DNA from: an uncultured Gammaproteobacteria bacterium
GTDB lineage: Bacteria > Pseudomonadota > Gammaproteobacteria > Eutrophobiales > Eutrophobiaceae
Assembly (NCBI GenBank): GCA_963976795.1
Contig: CAXBLT010000004.1
Span: 3,979-67,978 of the forward strand
DNA: 64,000 bases
Reading direction: 5' to 3'
Made by a program: the position numbers and the translations under genes. The first letter of the stretch is position 1. The number at the start of each line of letters is the position of its first letter. Shown here one piece after another: positions 1 to 10,507 of the stretch. Under the pieces are notes generated by a model. It saw nothing but the letters and a program-made list of their open reading frames with translations. It did no database searches and was not told the DNA's origin.

Positions 1-138
1 AAAATGCAATGGAAAATGAATTTAGTGCGTATTGTAAACTATATTTGGTGCGCTGCAATATTTATATTGTCAGTATGTTGATATTTTTATATTTTTCAAT
101 AGCTTGTATAGAGCCTGAGTTTTCAGGACGAGGAGTGT

Positions 139-861
139 CTAGATTGAACGGTAGAGCATAGCTATACCACTGATAAGCATTAATATGAGGGTATATTTCC
201 TGAATCGATGAGTTTCAATACTATCGAGATGTTTTCTGGCCAAAAACACACCTGCTACACCACCAAGACCAAGTGCAACGCCAAAACCCGCAACTTGCAC
301 ACTAAGCGCACCAAATGTGCCATAGCTGATCACCTTTGTAAGTTGCATCACCAATGAATTTACTGCCTTTGTACCGACAAGATATTCTTTCTCTAGGCCA
401 TAACTCAGCATAAAAGGGTTGTGAACTGGTCCAGTAGCACCGATCAGTCCTGATAGAAAAGAAACAGTCACTCCTAAGGGGAAAAACCAGAACAACTTCA
501 TCTTTATATTCAGTTTCGCTTTGCTAAATTTATCCTGTAATACATAAGTAACTAAGAATAAACCCAGCAAAACTTGAATAAGCTGAGTATTGCTTTGCGA
601 CAAAGACCAGGAACCCATTACTGCACCAATAATGCTGCCGGGGAGTAAAAAGCGCATTACTTGCCAATCAATATGCTTTCGAAATATCACAGCGCGTGAT
701 GGGTTTGCGATTAATGCAGCAATTGAGATGATTGGAGCAACCATTTGCGCTCCAATCAAGAATGAAATAACTGGGAGCAACAACGTCGCCGCGCCACCAG
801 CCGCGACGGTACTAAAAAACCAGGCAATCAGACCAAAAACGAATAGGAGCAGGAAAATCAT
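139..861 (-). CDS. TSUP (TauE/SafE, DUF81) family membrane transporter
   Basis: 240-aa polytopic hydrophobic ORF with glycine-rich motifs (AAGGAATLLLP, GLIGATGP) typical of DUF81/TauE. Confidence 0.75.
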   Translation of the reverse strand: MIFLLLFVFGLIAWFFSTVAAGGAATLLLPVISFLIGAQMVAPIISIAALIANPSRAVIFRKHIDWQVMRFLLPGSIIGAVMGSWSLSQSNTQLIQVLLGLFLVTYVLQDKFSKAKLNIKMKLFWFFPLGVTVSFLSGLIGATGPVHNPFMLSYGLEKEYLVGTKAVNSLVMQLTKVISYGTFGALSVQVAGFGVALGLGGVAGVFLARKHLDSIETHRFRKYTLILMLISGIAMLYRSI

Positions 862-968
862 AGTGTAAACTTAGCAGAATCCAAATAACAAATGCGATAT
901 CCTGAGGTAAATATATTAAGGGCGAATAAGCAGTTCAAGATAAGTTTATATATTAGAGGAGTAGTGTT

Positions 969-1724
969 ATGAGCTTGTATATACAGTCTACGAGTTTTGC
1001 TAGGGGGTATGCCTGGATTGTGGAGGCATGGCCCTATTTTACGAGTAACCCGCTTGGCTGGATTGCTGCGATGGTTGTGTTTTTCTTAATCGCTATGGCC
1101 GTTAGTATTATCCCTCTTGGGGGGATTGTATTAAATATTTTCTATCCTGTTGTCGTTGGTGGTTTTATGCTCGGGTGTCTTGCTCATAGAGAGGGAGGTT
1201 CTTTCGAATTTCAATATATGTTTGCCGGTTTCAAAGAACCTCATTTTAAACGTTTGGCGATGTTGGGTGTGTTGTATACGGTTATTACTTTTGCAGCTAT
1301 TATCTTGGTAGCTGTCCTCGCCTTTGTAATGTTAGGCGGGTTCGAGTTTTTTCAAGAAATTGAGCACGCACAAAAGGAGGATGTTGCTGCCTATGCAACA
1401 GACATCATGCTGCTTTCATTGATAACAGTAACGCTATTCACTCCTTGTGTTATGGCGATTTGGTTTGCTCCCATTATTATCATATCCAGTGATGAAACGA
1501 CCGTTTCGGCGATGTTATTAAGTTTTAATGCTTGTTTAAAGAATATATTGCCTTTTCTCTTGTACGGCATTGTTGTTTTTGTATTAGCAATCATCGCTTC
1601 TATTCCGCTCATGCTCGGCTATTTGGTCTTACTCCCGGTACTCAGTGCTAGTGTGTATGTTTCTTATCTGGATTGTTTTAGGAGCGATATCAGCGATGAT
1701 TCGACTCAACTATTACCGCGGTAA
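969..1724 (+). CDS. integral membrane protein of unknown function (DUF2189/BPSS1780-like)
   Basis: 251-aa ORF with several TM helices; GAGGAG Shine-Dalgarno 7 nt upstream; family assignment from memory only. Confidence 0.55.
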   Translation: MSLYIQSTSFARGYAWIVEAWPYFTSNPLGWIAAMVVFFLIAMAVSIIPLGGIVLNIFYPVVVGGFMLGCLAHREGGSFEFQYMFAGFKEPHFKRLAMLGVLYTVITFAAIILVAVLAFVMLGGFEFFQEIEHAQKEDVAAYATDIMLLSLITVTLFTPCVMAIWFAPIIIISSDETTVSAMLLSFNACLKNILPFLLYGIVVFVLAIIASIPLMLGYLVLLPVLSASVYVSYLDCFRSDISDDSTQLLPR

Positions 1725-1764
1725 TCTATTGAACTTCTGCTTAAACCAGAATTCAGAGTAAAGC

Positions 1765-2403
1765 ATGATGTTTGGACTAAATAAAAAATTACAATTGCCT
1801 GGTGTTGACGAAGCATTGTCTGGACGTCAGACACCAATAACCGTTGATACTCATCATTTTGTTAATGGGAATTCGATCAAACCACCGTTTCCTGAAGGTA
1901 TACAACAAGCCTTATTTGGCCTTGGGTGCTTTTGGGGGGCTGAAAGAAAATTCTGGGAATTAGCGGGGGTATATTCAACCGCAGTTGGCTATGCCGGTGG
2001 GTTTACACCAAATCCGAGCTACGAGGAAGTTTGCACAGGTATGACAGGGCATAATGAAGTGGTGCTGGTGAACTATATACCGGTGAAGGTTAGCTTCAAA
2101 CAATTACTAGCTGTTTTTTGGGAGTCCCACAACCCAACACAAGGGATGCGACAGGGAAATGATGCTGGAACACAATATCGTTCAGGAATTTATGTTTTTA
2201 ATGAAGAACAAAAAGAAATAGCTCAATCTTTGAAAAATGATTATCAAGTTAAACTGAATGGAGCAGGTTACTCTTCAATTACGACTGAAATAATTGAAGC
2301 ACCAGAGTTTTATTATGCAGAGACGTACCATCAACAGTATCTAGCAAAAAATCCAGCAGGTTATTGTGGTTTAGGGGGTACTGGCGTCAGTTGTTCTAAC
2401 TAG
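1765..2403 (+). CDS. msrA: peptide-methionine (S)-S-oxide reductase
   Basis: GLGCFWGAE active-site motif plus YHQQYL C-terminal region; 212 aa. Confidence 0.95.
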   Translation: MMFGLNKKLQLPGVDEALSGRQTPITVDTHHFVNGNSIKPPFPEGIQQALFGLGCFWGAERKFWELAGVYSTAVGYAGGFTPNPSYEEVCTGMTGHNEVVLVNYIPVKVSFKQLLAVFWESHNPTQGMRQGNDAGTQYRSGIYVFNEEQKEIAQSLKNDYQVKLNGAGYSSITTEIIEAPEFYYAETYHQQYLAKNPAGYCGLGGTGVSCSN

Positions 2404-2604
2404 ATTGTTTAACCGATTGATGCATGGGGAATAAGAACTTATTTCGAATAGGATAGTGAACCTTTTTTTGATTTCTTATTTGGCTTAGCAGTAACTTTTT
2501 GTTTATTAACAGCAATCTGCGTCGTGGATTTAGTATTAATTGCCATCATTGATCCTGATGACGTCCTTACATAGTTCATATTATATCTCCGCTTATTTTA
2601 AAAA

Positions 2605-3120
2605 TTAATTTATAGGAAAGCTGCTGGCATAACGGCTAATCCATTCTTCTGTTAACTTTTCCCTGCTTAAGAAAGGCCCTTCTTTATATCGTTTGTCATT
2701 CAAATAGAGCTCGATATGACAAATTTGTTCAACGATTCTTAATTTCGGGCTGTCTTCATCATTTAACAGCCATATTCCTATCTCAAAATTATCATCAGTT
2801 TCCTTGACCATAACCGTCTTACCCAAAAAGCGATGTGTTTCTTTACGCGTAGGTATAGTTACTTCAATAATGCTGCCTGGTTTTTGATACTCATTGGAAG
2901 AAAAGGTCAAACCAATATTTGCAGTCTGTGAGATTTCCACTTTTGATCGTTCCCAAAAACGTAATCTCCTGAATTGAAGTGGAAAACGGTCAGGGTGTCT
3001 AATAAATCCTGCTAGTAATTCATTCTCAAAATTTATCGGCTGCCCGTATGGAGCCGGTGGTGAAACAGATCCGGTTCCGGGGTGGTAAGAAGTATGACTT
3101 AGACTTACATCAGCTAACAT
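2605..3120 (-). CDS. PilZ-like domain protein (degenerate motifs)
   Basis: RHPDR (RxxxR) followed by a beta-rich segment resembling PilZ. Start moved to the second ATG (3120), which has GGGAG 6 nt upstream; the track ORF starts at 3141. Confidence 0.45.
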   Translation of the reverse strand: MLADVSLSHTSYHPGTGSVSPPAPYGQPINFENELLAGFIRHPDRFPLQFRRLRFWERSKVEISQTANIGLTFSSNEYQKPGSIIEVTIPTRKETHRFLGKTVMVKETDDNFEIGIWLLNDEDSPKLRIVEQICHIELYLNDKRYKEGPFLSREKLTEEWISRYASSFPIN

Positions 3121-3333
3121 GACGATCTCCCAATGAATCAAGTACTTATAGGATATACTTTTATGACATTATTGAAGATAAATCAAGTAAAAATTTAAAT
3201 ATATCAATTATTTATAGATACTATCTATTAATCACATTAGAATTAAAAATTAATAAAACAAGTTAAGTAATTGATATATATATAATTATAAGTGATAGTC
3301 AAGGTGAAGGTTAAGCCTTGTCAAAGCTTGCTT

Positions 3334-3507
3334 TTAACCTAATTCAACGTCTGAATATTCACCATTTGAGATCATTTCGACTGTTGGTTCATCGGGTAAT
3401 GTCATTTTATTCCATGTATCGATAATCAAATAAATAGTCCCTGATATAACAAGTAGTAAGATGATATCGCTGATCAGATGTTTTCTAATGTAGATAGATA
3501 GTGTCAT
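3334..3507 (-). CDS. small (57 aa) single-TM hypothetical protein, below ORF-track cutoff
   Basis: ATG preceded by GAGGA at 7 nt; hydrophobic helix LISDIILLLVISGTIYLII; acidic C-terminus. Confidence 0.3.
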   Translation of the reverse strand: MTLSIYIRKHLISDIILLLVISGTIYLIIDTWNKMTLPDEPTVEMISNGEYSDVELG

Positions 3508-3658
3508 AGCTAGATCCTCGTTGTTATTTGATTAGAACTTACAACAACTAACGCGCTATAGATAAAGTCGTTGACAAAAACATGAACTGCTCACGATTTT
3601 TCACAAGAGATTGTGAACTGTGTCAAAATAGTGCAATTGAATTGATGAGGAACAATGC

Positions 3659-4159
3659 ATGAAGGCGATGGTAGGTTTGGTGATTGCCATACTAATAATT
3701 TTTATAGCGAATTTGTTTTGGCCATCAAACCAAGTTAGTGATCGCAAGTTGTCATCAGAATACGACAGTATAGAGCAGGGCAAAAGTACAGAAGAGGCTA
3801 CTAATAGTTCGGTTATTTTATCGACTGATCTTAATGTGCCGAGCGATGATGAAAAAATAAAGTTGATGACAGCGGAATATGAAATCCTTGAGAAGGAACG
3901 AAAGAATCTAAAACGTCGACTCTCTCGTTTAAAACATGATATGTGGGGACAAAAGTTTGCTCCAGAAACAGCAAAGAAAATGAGCGAGATAATGCTGAGT
4001 TCGCATAAACTGATAAAAAACCCGGATATGTTGGGTGCTTTCTCGAATGTTAAAGGAATTCAAGATGAGATAGCAAAGATTAAATTTGCAGAGAGCTCAA
4101 TTGAGCAGGTCAGTGAATTAATTGAAGAAAATAAAAAGAGTAATATGGCGTCTGATTAA
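3659..4159 (+). CDS. membrane-anchored coiled-coil hypothetical protein
   Basis: N-terminal TM helix, charged helical remainder; GAGGAA SD upstream. Confidence 0.6.
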   Translation: MKAMVGLVIAILIIFIANLFWPSNQVSDRKLSSEYDSIEQGKSTEEATNSSVILSTDLNVPSDDEKIKLMTAEYEILEKERKNLKRRLSRLKHDMWGQKFAPETAKKMSEIMLSSHKLIKNPDMLGAFSNVKGIQDEIAKIKFAESSIEQVSELIEENKKSNMASD

Positions 4160-4165
4160 GCAGTT

Positions 4166-5443
4166 TTATAACAGCTCAGCTATACAATGACTTGCATCTG
4201 TCGCGATATCTGAAACCTTTACTTTTGAAATTTTATTTTCCAGGTTTAAATTCTCAGTAGCTTCCATTTCAACACGAATAAAATTATCTGTATAACCTGT
4301 CCATGCATTATTCTCATTACATGTTTCCCAAAGTACAGAGTGTGATTTATTGAGTTGATCTTGCAGACAGATTTGACGCATAGATTTTGCCAACGCATGT
4401 AGTTGCTGGCTACGTTCTTTTTTTATTTTAGAGCTAACTTGGTTGGCTAATGATGCTGCTTTTGTGCCTTCACGTTTTGAATAAGTGAAAATGTGTATAT
4501 GTGAGAACAGGGTTTCTTCAATAAATTTAATTGATTCTTGCCACTCACTCTCCGTCTCTCCAGGAAAGCCCACAATAATATCCGTTGTCAAATTAAAATT
4601 CGGAACCTCATGCCTTGCCCGTTGTACCAAGTCTTTAAAATCATCCGTCTTACAGCGACGCGCCATTCGTTTTAAAATGCTATTGCTACCGCTTTGAAGT
4701 GGCAAATGCATATGCGGCATCAGGCGCGTGTTTGAAAATAAATTAAAGAAGTTATCAGGCAAGTCCCAAGGTTCAACGGAGCCAAGCCTTATGCGCGGAA
4801 CATTTGTGTCGGAAAGGACAGATTTTATTAATTCATATAGGCTAGAATTATTATCGCCACCGAAACCACCCACATGAACGCCGGTGAGAACAATTTCCTG
4901 AACCCCCTGTTGATGATATCGGTTTATTTCGTTAATGATATCTTCTGTTGAACGGCTTCGTTCTTCGCCTCTGGCAACAGTTACTATACAAAATGTACAC
5001 CGATAACGGCAGCCATCTTGTATTTTTATGAAGGCTCTATTTCTTCCGCGTTTAAATATGCTTGCCTCGCCGGGCTCAGTGGACAAAGCGGACATCGTTT
5101 CACTATTCAATTCTTTTAATGCAATTTCGACCAACTGATCTTTTTGCTGGTTCTTAATCAGGAGATCAATCCCCGGGATATCGTTCTGAATTTTTTCATC
5201 TAGACTTGCGTAACAACCGCTGACGATAAGTTTAGCCTGTGGATTATTGCGGTGTGTTCTTCTTATAATTTGCCGAGATTTTTTCACCGCCTCTTGAGTC
5301 ACGGCACAGGTATTAACGACCAAGACATCTGCTTCGTCGGCATGTTGAGTTACACTATGACCTTTTTTCTGAAAGCCCTCGGCCCAGAATTCAAGCTCTG
5401 CTTCATTTAGACGGCAGCCTAGTGTTTTTAGGTGAATTTGCAT
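4166..5443 (-). CDS. mtaB: tRNA methylthiotransferase, MiaB-like (MtaB-type) radical SAM enzyme
   Basis: N-terminal UPF0004 domain (LKTLGCRLNEAE), radical SAM CRYRCTFC motif, C-terminal TRAM-like region. Confidence 0.85.
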   Translation of the reverse strand: MQIHLKTLGCRLNEAELEFWAEGFQKKGHSVTQHADEADVLVVNTCAVTQEAVKKSRQIIRRTHRNNPQAKLIVSGCYASLDEKIQNDIPGIDLLIKNQQKDQLVEIALKELNSETMSALSTEPGEASIFKRGRNRAFIKIQDGCRYRCTFCIVTVARGEERSRSTEDIINEINRYHQQGVQEIVLTGVHVGGFGGDNNSSLYELIKSVLSDTNVPRIRLGSVEPWDLPDNFFNLFSNTRLMPHMHLPLQSGSNSILKRMARRCKTDDFKDLVQRARHEVPNFNLTTDIIVGFPGETESEWQESIKFIEETLFSHIHIFTYSKREGTKAASLANQVSSKIKKERSQQLHALAKSMRQICLQDQLNKSHSVLWETCNENNAWTGYTDNFIRVEMEATENLNLENKISKVKVSDIATDASHCIAELL

Positions 5444-5499
5444 GGTGGATACTATATCAGATACGTCAATTGTGTATAAACAGGCTGAAAGGCGAGACC

Positions 5500-5865
5500 C
5501 TATTTGAGCTTTGCAAGATCCAAAATAAGTTTTGGCATGTCTTTATGATTACCTATAAATGTTGACACATCAAACCGACACTCCGGGTACTTTGCAGCAG
5601 CTGTTTTAATAATAGTGGGAATATCACGTATGACATGGTTACCTGAATTTAAAAAATAAGGGAAAACAGTAATATCAGATACGCCTTCGCTAATGACCTT
5701 TTCTATACATTGAAGCAGTGAAGGTTCGGCCAGTTCTAAATAAGCATGCTCAATTCTATCGTAGTCATCACTGGAATAGGCTTTCACTTTTCTGGTAAGT
5801 ACCTCGATCTCTTCGTTAGATTCTTGTCGACGGCTACCATGAGCCAAAATAATAAGAGTGTTCAA
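5500..5865 (-). CDS. CbiX/SirB-type sirohydrochlorin chelatase domain protein
   Basis: LIILAHGSRR N-terminus and 121-aa length typical of small CbiX. Confidence 0.7.
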   Translation of the reverse strand: MNTLIILAHGSRRQESNEEIEVLTRKVKAYSSDDYDRIEHAYLELAEPSLLQCIEKVISEGVSDITVFPYFLNSGNHVIRDIPTIIKTAAAKYPECRFDVSTFIGNHKDMPKLILDLAKLK

Positions 5866-5866
5866 C

Positions 5867-6193
5867 TTATTTGTGGTCCAGTGATTTTTCTTTTAAAGAC
5901 TGTTCAAGTAAGGCATCAGTTTTTCCACTAAGGATCTTTGCTTGTTCTAATATGGTTCGTGAATTAGTGAAATCATTTTGTGAAAAATAGGGTTTTGCCC
6001 ATGATAAGTAAGCATAAGCTTGTAAGCTTTGGTTTGGTGATTTGCTAGCCTGATTATGTAAATCGTTTGTCACACTAAACAATTTTATTTGGAGTTGTCT
6101 TTCTTTTGTTAGAACACAATTTGTTGTTGTATAGGCATAATCTGACAGTAAGCCGCTTTTGGTTAAGTTTTTCTGATATGCTTTTGCAAACAT
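5867..6193 (-). CDS. hypothetical protein
   Basis: 108-aa ORF; GAGG 8 nt upstream of the ATG; 2 nt after the stop of the upstream ORF. Confidence 0.4.
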   Translation of the reverse strand: MFAKAYQKNLTKSGLLSDYAYTTTNCVLTKERQLQIKLFSVTNDLHNQASKSPNQSLQAYAYLSWAKPYFSQNDFTNSRTILEQAKILSGKTDALLEQSLKEKSLDHK

Positions 6194-6195
6194 CC

Positions 6196-6399
6196 CTATA
6201 GCCTCACAGATTTTTTTTCTTGGTTATAAAGTAAACCATAACCTAGGTAGATAAATGGATTATCTTTTTCTAATAGTTCCAGATGGTTCTTTCTGTTTTC
6301 TCCTCCATACATAGGTAGTAAACTACTATCAGCACTCACCGATATTATGGGTGTAAAGGTTAGGAGTACAATAGTTTTTATAAGCAATTGTTTGGTCAT
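6196..6399 (-). CDS. hypothetical secreted protein
   Basis: 67-aa ORF with N-terminal signal-like helix (LLIKTIVLLTFTPIISVSA). Confidence 0.4.
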   Translation of the reverse strand: MTKQLLIKTIVLLTFTPIISVSADSSLLPMYGGENRKNHLELLEKDNPFIYLGYGLLYNQEKKSVRL

Positions 6400-6426
6400 G
6401 TAGATCTGTATAAAAATTATTTTCTA

Positions 6427-7371
6427 TTAATGTTCTAATAGTGTTTCAAGATGCTTCCCAATACATAATGACAAAGCATTCAAATTATAACCACCTTCCA
6501 ATAAGGAAATAATGCGATTATCACAGTGTTGATCTGCTGATTCCATGATGCGTTCAGTCATCCAGGAAAAAGAATCTGTTGATAGATTTATATTAGCCAA
6601 CGGATCTGCCTGGTGTGCATCAAAGCCTGCAGAGATTAGAATAAACTCTGGTTTGAACAGATCCAGTCCGGGTAGGATATCTTCCATAAAAGCCTTTTCA
6701 TAATCTCCGTCGCTAGCACCAGCCGGCATTGGGCAATTTAAAGTCGCGCTTTTACCTTTGCCAATCCCTGTTTCTGAATAGCTTCCTGTGCCGGGGTAGA
6801 AAGGGTATTGGTGTGTGCTGATATATAAAACCGATGGGTCTTCTTCAAATAAATGTTGTGTCCCGTTCCCGTGATGTACGTCCCAATCTATTATGGCAAT
6901 CTTATCAATACCATGTGTATTTTGAAGATAACGTGTCAGCACTGCAATATTATTAAATAAACAAAACCCCATTGCCATGGACATCTCTGCATGGTGACCT
7001 GGTGGTCGAATTAGGGCAAAGGCATTATCAATATTTTTATTGATAATTTCGTTTGCAAGTTGCATAGAGCTACCTGCCGCAAGTAAGGCTATGTCGAATG
7101 ATTTAATACACACGCTTACATCCATAGAATCCAAGTAGCGATTGCCAGAACGACAAACTTCCTCTGCACGCCGTATATAGCCAGCATCATGAACCTTTAA
7201 TACCTGTTCAAGTTCTGCTGAGTTCGCTTTAATCTGAGTCAAGGTTTCATACCAAGACTGAGCTTCCAGATACTTTAACGTGGCAGATAAACGCGTGCTA
7301 CATTCTGGGTGACCATCTCCTGTATCATGTTCTAAAAATCGTGTGTCTTGTACAAAACCTGTTTTCATCAA
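6427..7371 (-). CDS. histone deacetylase / acetoin utilisation (AcuC) family deacetylase
   Basis: RPPGHHA, DWDVHHGNG and GGY motifs of the Zn-dependent HDAC fold. Confidence 0.9.
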   Translation of the reverse strand: MMKTGFVQDTRFLEHDTGDGHPECSTRLSATLKYLEAQSWYETLTQIKANSAELEQVLKVHDAGYIRRAEEVCRSGNRYLDSMDVSVCIKSFDIALLAAGSSMQLANEIINKNIDNAFALIRPPGHHAEMSMAMGFCLFNNIAVLTRYLQNTHGIDKIAIIDWDVHHGNGTQHLFEEDPSVLYISTHQYPFYPGTGSYSETGIGKGKSATLNCPMPAGASDGDYEKAFMEDILPGLDLFKPEFILISAGFDAHQADPLANINLSTDSFSWMTERIMESADQHCDNRIISLLEGGYNLNALSLCIGKHLETLLEH

Positions 7372-7447
7372 AATAAAGTTTTAATGCCAGTCATCAAGTG
7401 ATTCGTTATTATACGTGTTTTAAGATAACAAAAGACGCAATCTTTCT

Positions 7448-9397
7448 ATGTATAAGCCTAAAAAACCCGTGTTCACAAAACAAAAGGTTGCCTTTGGTTC
7501 CTGGGAATCAACGATCACAACTGATCTGATGCTCAATAGCAGTGTTGGTTTGGGTGAAATCAGTATTTTTGGTACGGATATTTACTGGGTGGAGATGCGA
7601 GCCAATGAAGGGGGCCGTTATGTTATCGTAAAACGAACAAACGATGGACAGGAGTCGGATGCTATTCCTGCTGAATATAACGCCCGTACTCGCGTACATG
7701 AGTATGGCGGTGGCTCATATCTGGTAACGGAGCGCGGTGTGGTTTTTTCTAACTTCGCCGACCAATGTTTATATTTGTTTGACGCTAACAACATATGTAA
7801 GAAACTCACAGTTCAGGAAGATTGTCGTTATGCCGATATAGTCTATGATAAATACCGGGAACGTTTGATTTGTGTGCGAGAAGACCACTCAGACAAAACC
7901 AGAGAAGCGATTAATACCATTGTTACTGTTTCCTTATTAGAGACAGGCGAAGAAACTATTCTCCATAACGGAGCAGATTTCTATTCTAGCCCGCGCCTCA
8001 GTAACGATGGGCAACAGTTATGCTGGATTAGTTGGTTGCACCCCAATATGCCTTGGGATAATACTAGTTTGTATGTTGCTGGTATTGATAGTACGGGTGA
8101 GCTTGAACAAGCAAAGCTGATTGCCGGTGGGGATGACAATGAGGCGGTTTGCCAACCGTCATGGAGTCCTGATGACATACTTTATTTCATATCTGATAAA
8201 AGTAATTGGTGGAACTTATATCGCTCAAGTGAAGAGGGTGTTGAATGTGTTTTAGAAAGTAAAGCAGAGTTCGCCGTGCCTCAATGGTCATTCCGCGAAT
8301 GTAACTATGACTTTATTGATAATGATTCAATCATGGTTGTCTATCGGAAACAAGGCTTGGCATATCTTGGGGTGGTCAACACGAATGAAAAAAAAATGGA
8401 AACCCTGACGTTTCCCTATACGGATATTGAATCGCTAGTCTGTAATAAAAATACTGCTTATTTTTTGGCTGCATCTCCGACTGAATTTGCATCGATTATT
8501 GAATATGATATTGCACAACAAAGTTTTTGTGTAATTCAAAAATCAAATACTATTCGTCTGGATCAAAAATATATTTCTGTTGGTGAGATCATCAGTTTTC
8601 CTGTAGCTGAAGATAAAGAGGCGCATGCCATTTTTTATCGGCCACAGAATAGATATTTCACAGGGCTTGATGATGAAAAACCACCATTGATAGTCATGAG
8701 TCATGGAGGACCAACGGGTGAGTCACATAATGGCCTTAAAATGGTAGCGCAGTTTTTTAGCAGCCGTGGCTTTGCTGTGCTTGATGTTAACTACGGAGGT
8801 AGTAGCGGCTATGGACGGGAATATCGACAGCGTTTAAACGGCAACTGGGGTATCGTAGATGTTAATGATTGCAGCAAGGCAGCACTATACGTTGCAGAAC
8901 AAGGTTGGGCAGATAAAGATCGCCTTGCGATCCGTGGTGGAAGTGCCGGGGGATTCACTACATTAGCCGCATTGGCATTTACTGATGTATTTAAGGCTGG
9001 CGCCAGTCATTATGGTGTTAGTGATCTTGAGGCGTTAACAAAAGAAACGCATAAATTTGAATCTCGTTATCTGGATACATTGATTGGAGCCTATCCAGAA
9101 GAACAAGAGATATACAAGGAACGTTCGCCTGTAAATGCGGTAGAAAAATTATCATGCCCTGTTATTTTTTTCCAAGGCTTGGAAGACAAGATAGTCTTGC
9201 CCAATCAGGCTGAGATGATGGTAGAGGCATTAAAAGCAAAGGGGATTCCGGTTGCATATATTGCCTATGAAGGCGAGCAACATGGTTTTCGGCAAGCCAA
9301 GAATATTAAACGGACATTAGAGTCGGAATTGTATTTCTACTCAACAATATTTAACTTTGAGTGTGCGGATAAGATTGAGCCGGTTGAGTTTCTCTAA
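7448..9397 (+). CDS. S9 family serine peptidase (prolyl oligopeptidase / dipeptidyl aminopeptidase-like)
   Basis: N-terminal beta-propeller-like region; C-terminal alpha/beta hydrolase with GGSAGG nucleophile elbow, D and H (EGEQHGF). Confidence 0.9.
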   Translation: MYKPKKPVFTKQKVAFGSWESTITTDLMLNSSVGLGEISIFGTDIYWVEMRANEGGRYVIVKRTNDGQESDAIPAEYNARTRVHEYGGGSYLVTERGVVFSNFADQCLYLFDANNICKKLTVQEDCRYADIVYDKYRERLICVREDHSDKTREAINTIVTVSLLETGEETILHNGADFYSSPRLSNDGQQLCWISWLHPNMPWDNTSLYVAGIDSTGELEQAKLIAGGDDNEAVCQPSWSPDDILYFISDKSNWWNLYRSSEEGVECVLESKAEFAVPQWSFRECNYDFIDNDSIMVVYRKQGLAYLGVVNTNEKKMETLTFPYTDIESLVCNKNTAYFLAASPTEFASIIEYDIAQQSFCVIQKSNTIRLDQKYISVGEIISFPVAEDKEAHAIFYRPQNRYFTGLDDEKPPLIVMSHGGPTGESHNGLKMVAQFFSSRGFAVLDVNYGGSSGYGREYRQRLNGNWGIVDVNDCSKAALYVAEQGWADKDRLAIRGGSAGGFTTLAALAFTDVFKAGASHYGVSDLEALTKETHKFESRYLDTLIGAYPEEQEIYKERSPVNAVEKLSCPVIFFQGLEDKIVLPNQAEMMVEALKAKGIPVAYIAYEGEQHGFRQAKNIKRTLESELYFYSTIFNFECADKIEPVEFL

Positions 9398-9484
9398 GGG
9401 TTCTCCTGAGATGTTTATTTTACGCGGTAGCTGCGTCAACTCCGTTACAGGGCTAACGCCGCGTTACCGCGAAAAAGTGTCTTT

Positions 9485-10507
9485 TTAGAGGTGGCTTATA
9501 ACCGCTGCTGTATATTCTTTTGTATTTGCTGACCCTTGTAGATCTCCTGTACGAGTTTTGGGGTCACTGAGAGCCTCTTTAATCGCACCACGTAGGCGGT
9601 CACCCAGTTGTTTTTCTTCGATGTGATCCAGCATCATTGCGGCAGCCAGGAGTAGAGCGGTTGGATTCGCAATGCCCTGACCAGCGATATCTGGTGCTGT
9701 ACCGTGTACAGCTTCAAAGATTGCGGCGTCTTCACCAATGTTGCCGCCAGGTGCGAGACCGAGGCCACCGATTAAGCCAGCAATTTCATCAGAGAGTATG
9801 TCGCCGAACATATTAGTGGTCAAAATCATGTCGAATTGAGCTGGATTGGTAACCAATTGCATAGCCGTGTTATCTACAATGCGATCTTCGATTTCCAGGC
9901 CTGCATATTTTTTTTCTTTACTGACTTCTCTTGCTGTTTCAAGGAACAGCCCTGTAAGTTTTTTTAGAATGTTTGCCTTATGCACAATCGTAATTTTTTT
10001 ACGGTTGTTTTTAATGGCATAATCAAAAGTATATTTTGCGATTTTGCGACAACCTGAGCGGGTAATAATCCCCGATGCTTCAGCAACGGCTTTTGGATCC
10101 CCGTCGATGGGGATGTAATGTTCAACGCCGACGTAAAACCCTTGTGTGTTTTCACGGATTAGAACGATATCAATATTGTCATAACGGCGGCGATCGTGAA
10201 GGTAGGATACCGCTGGTCGAACATTGGCATAGAGTTTAAACTCTTCTCGTAAACGCACGTTTGCAGATCGAAAACCATCACCGATAGGTGTTCCCAGAGG
10301 TGCTTTTAGTGCGAGTCTGGTTTCGCGAATATTATCCATCATGGCTTGTGGCAGTGGATCGCCAAATTCTTCAAATGCAGACAGGCCTGCTTTAAATCGG
10401 TGCCATTCAAATCTTGCGCCTAGAGCATCCAGGATTTCAACTGTAGCGTCAAGGATCTCTGGTCCAATACCATCGCCTTCGATTAATGTTGCTGGTGTAG
10501 TTTTAAT
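9485..10507 (-). CDS. isocitrate/isopropylmalate dehydrogenase family, probably NAD-dependent isocitrate dehydrogenase; proposed ATT start
   Basis: The track ORF (9485-10342) lacks the N-terminus. The same frame continues upstream as [36 protein letters not shown] up to an in-frame TAG at 10526-10528. No ATG/GTG/TTG is available; ATT at 10507 lies 6 nt after AGGGAGA. Confidence 0.8.
   Translation of the reverse strand: MKTTPATLIEGDGIGPEILDATVEILDALGARFEWHRFKAGLSAFEEFGDPLPQAMMDNIRETRLALKAPLGTPIGDGFRSANVRLREEFKLYANVRPAVSYLHDRRRYDNIDIVLIRENTQGFYVGVEHYIPIDGDPKAVAEASGIITRSGCRKIAKYTFDYAIKNNRKKITIVHKANILKKLTGLFLETAREVSKEKKYAGLEIEDRIVDNTAMQLVTNPAQFDMILTTNMFGDILSDEIAGLIGGLGLAPGGNIGEDAAIFEAVHGTAPDIAGQGIANPTALLLAAAMMLDHIEEKQLGDRLRGAIKEALSDPKTRTGDLQGSANTKEYTAAVISHL

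Noticed and set aside
5867-6399. Two adjacent small minus-strand ORFs separated by 2 nt were considered as one frameshifted gene.
   Set aside because: A GAGG lies 8 nt before the second ATG, which fits two translationally coupled genes equally well. No homology evidence is available to call a pseudogene.
9423-9471. An inverted repeat CGCGGTA...TACCGCG between the convergent S9 peptidase and dehydrogenase genes, considered as a bidirectional terminator.
   Set aside because: The stem is only 7 bp with a loop of about 35 nt, and neither strand has a U-tract. The evidence is too weak to annotate.
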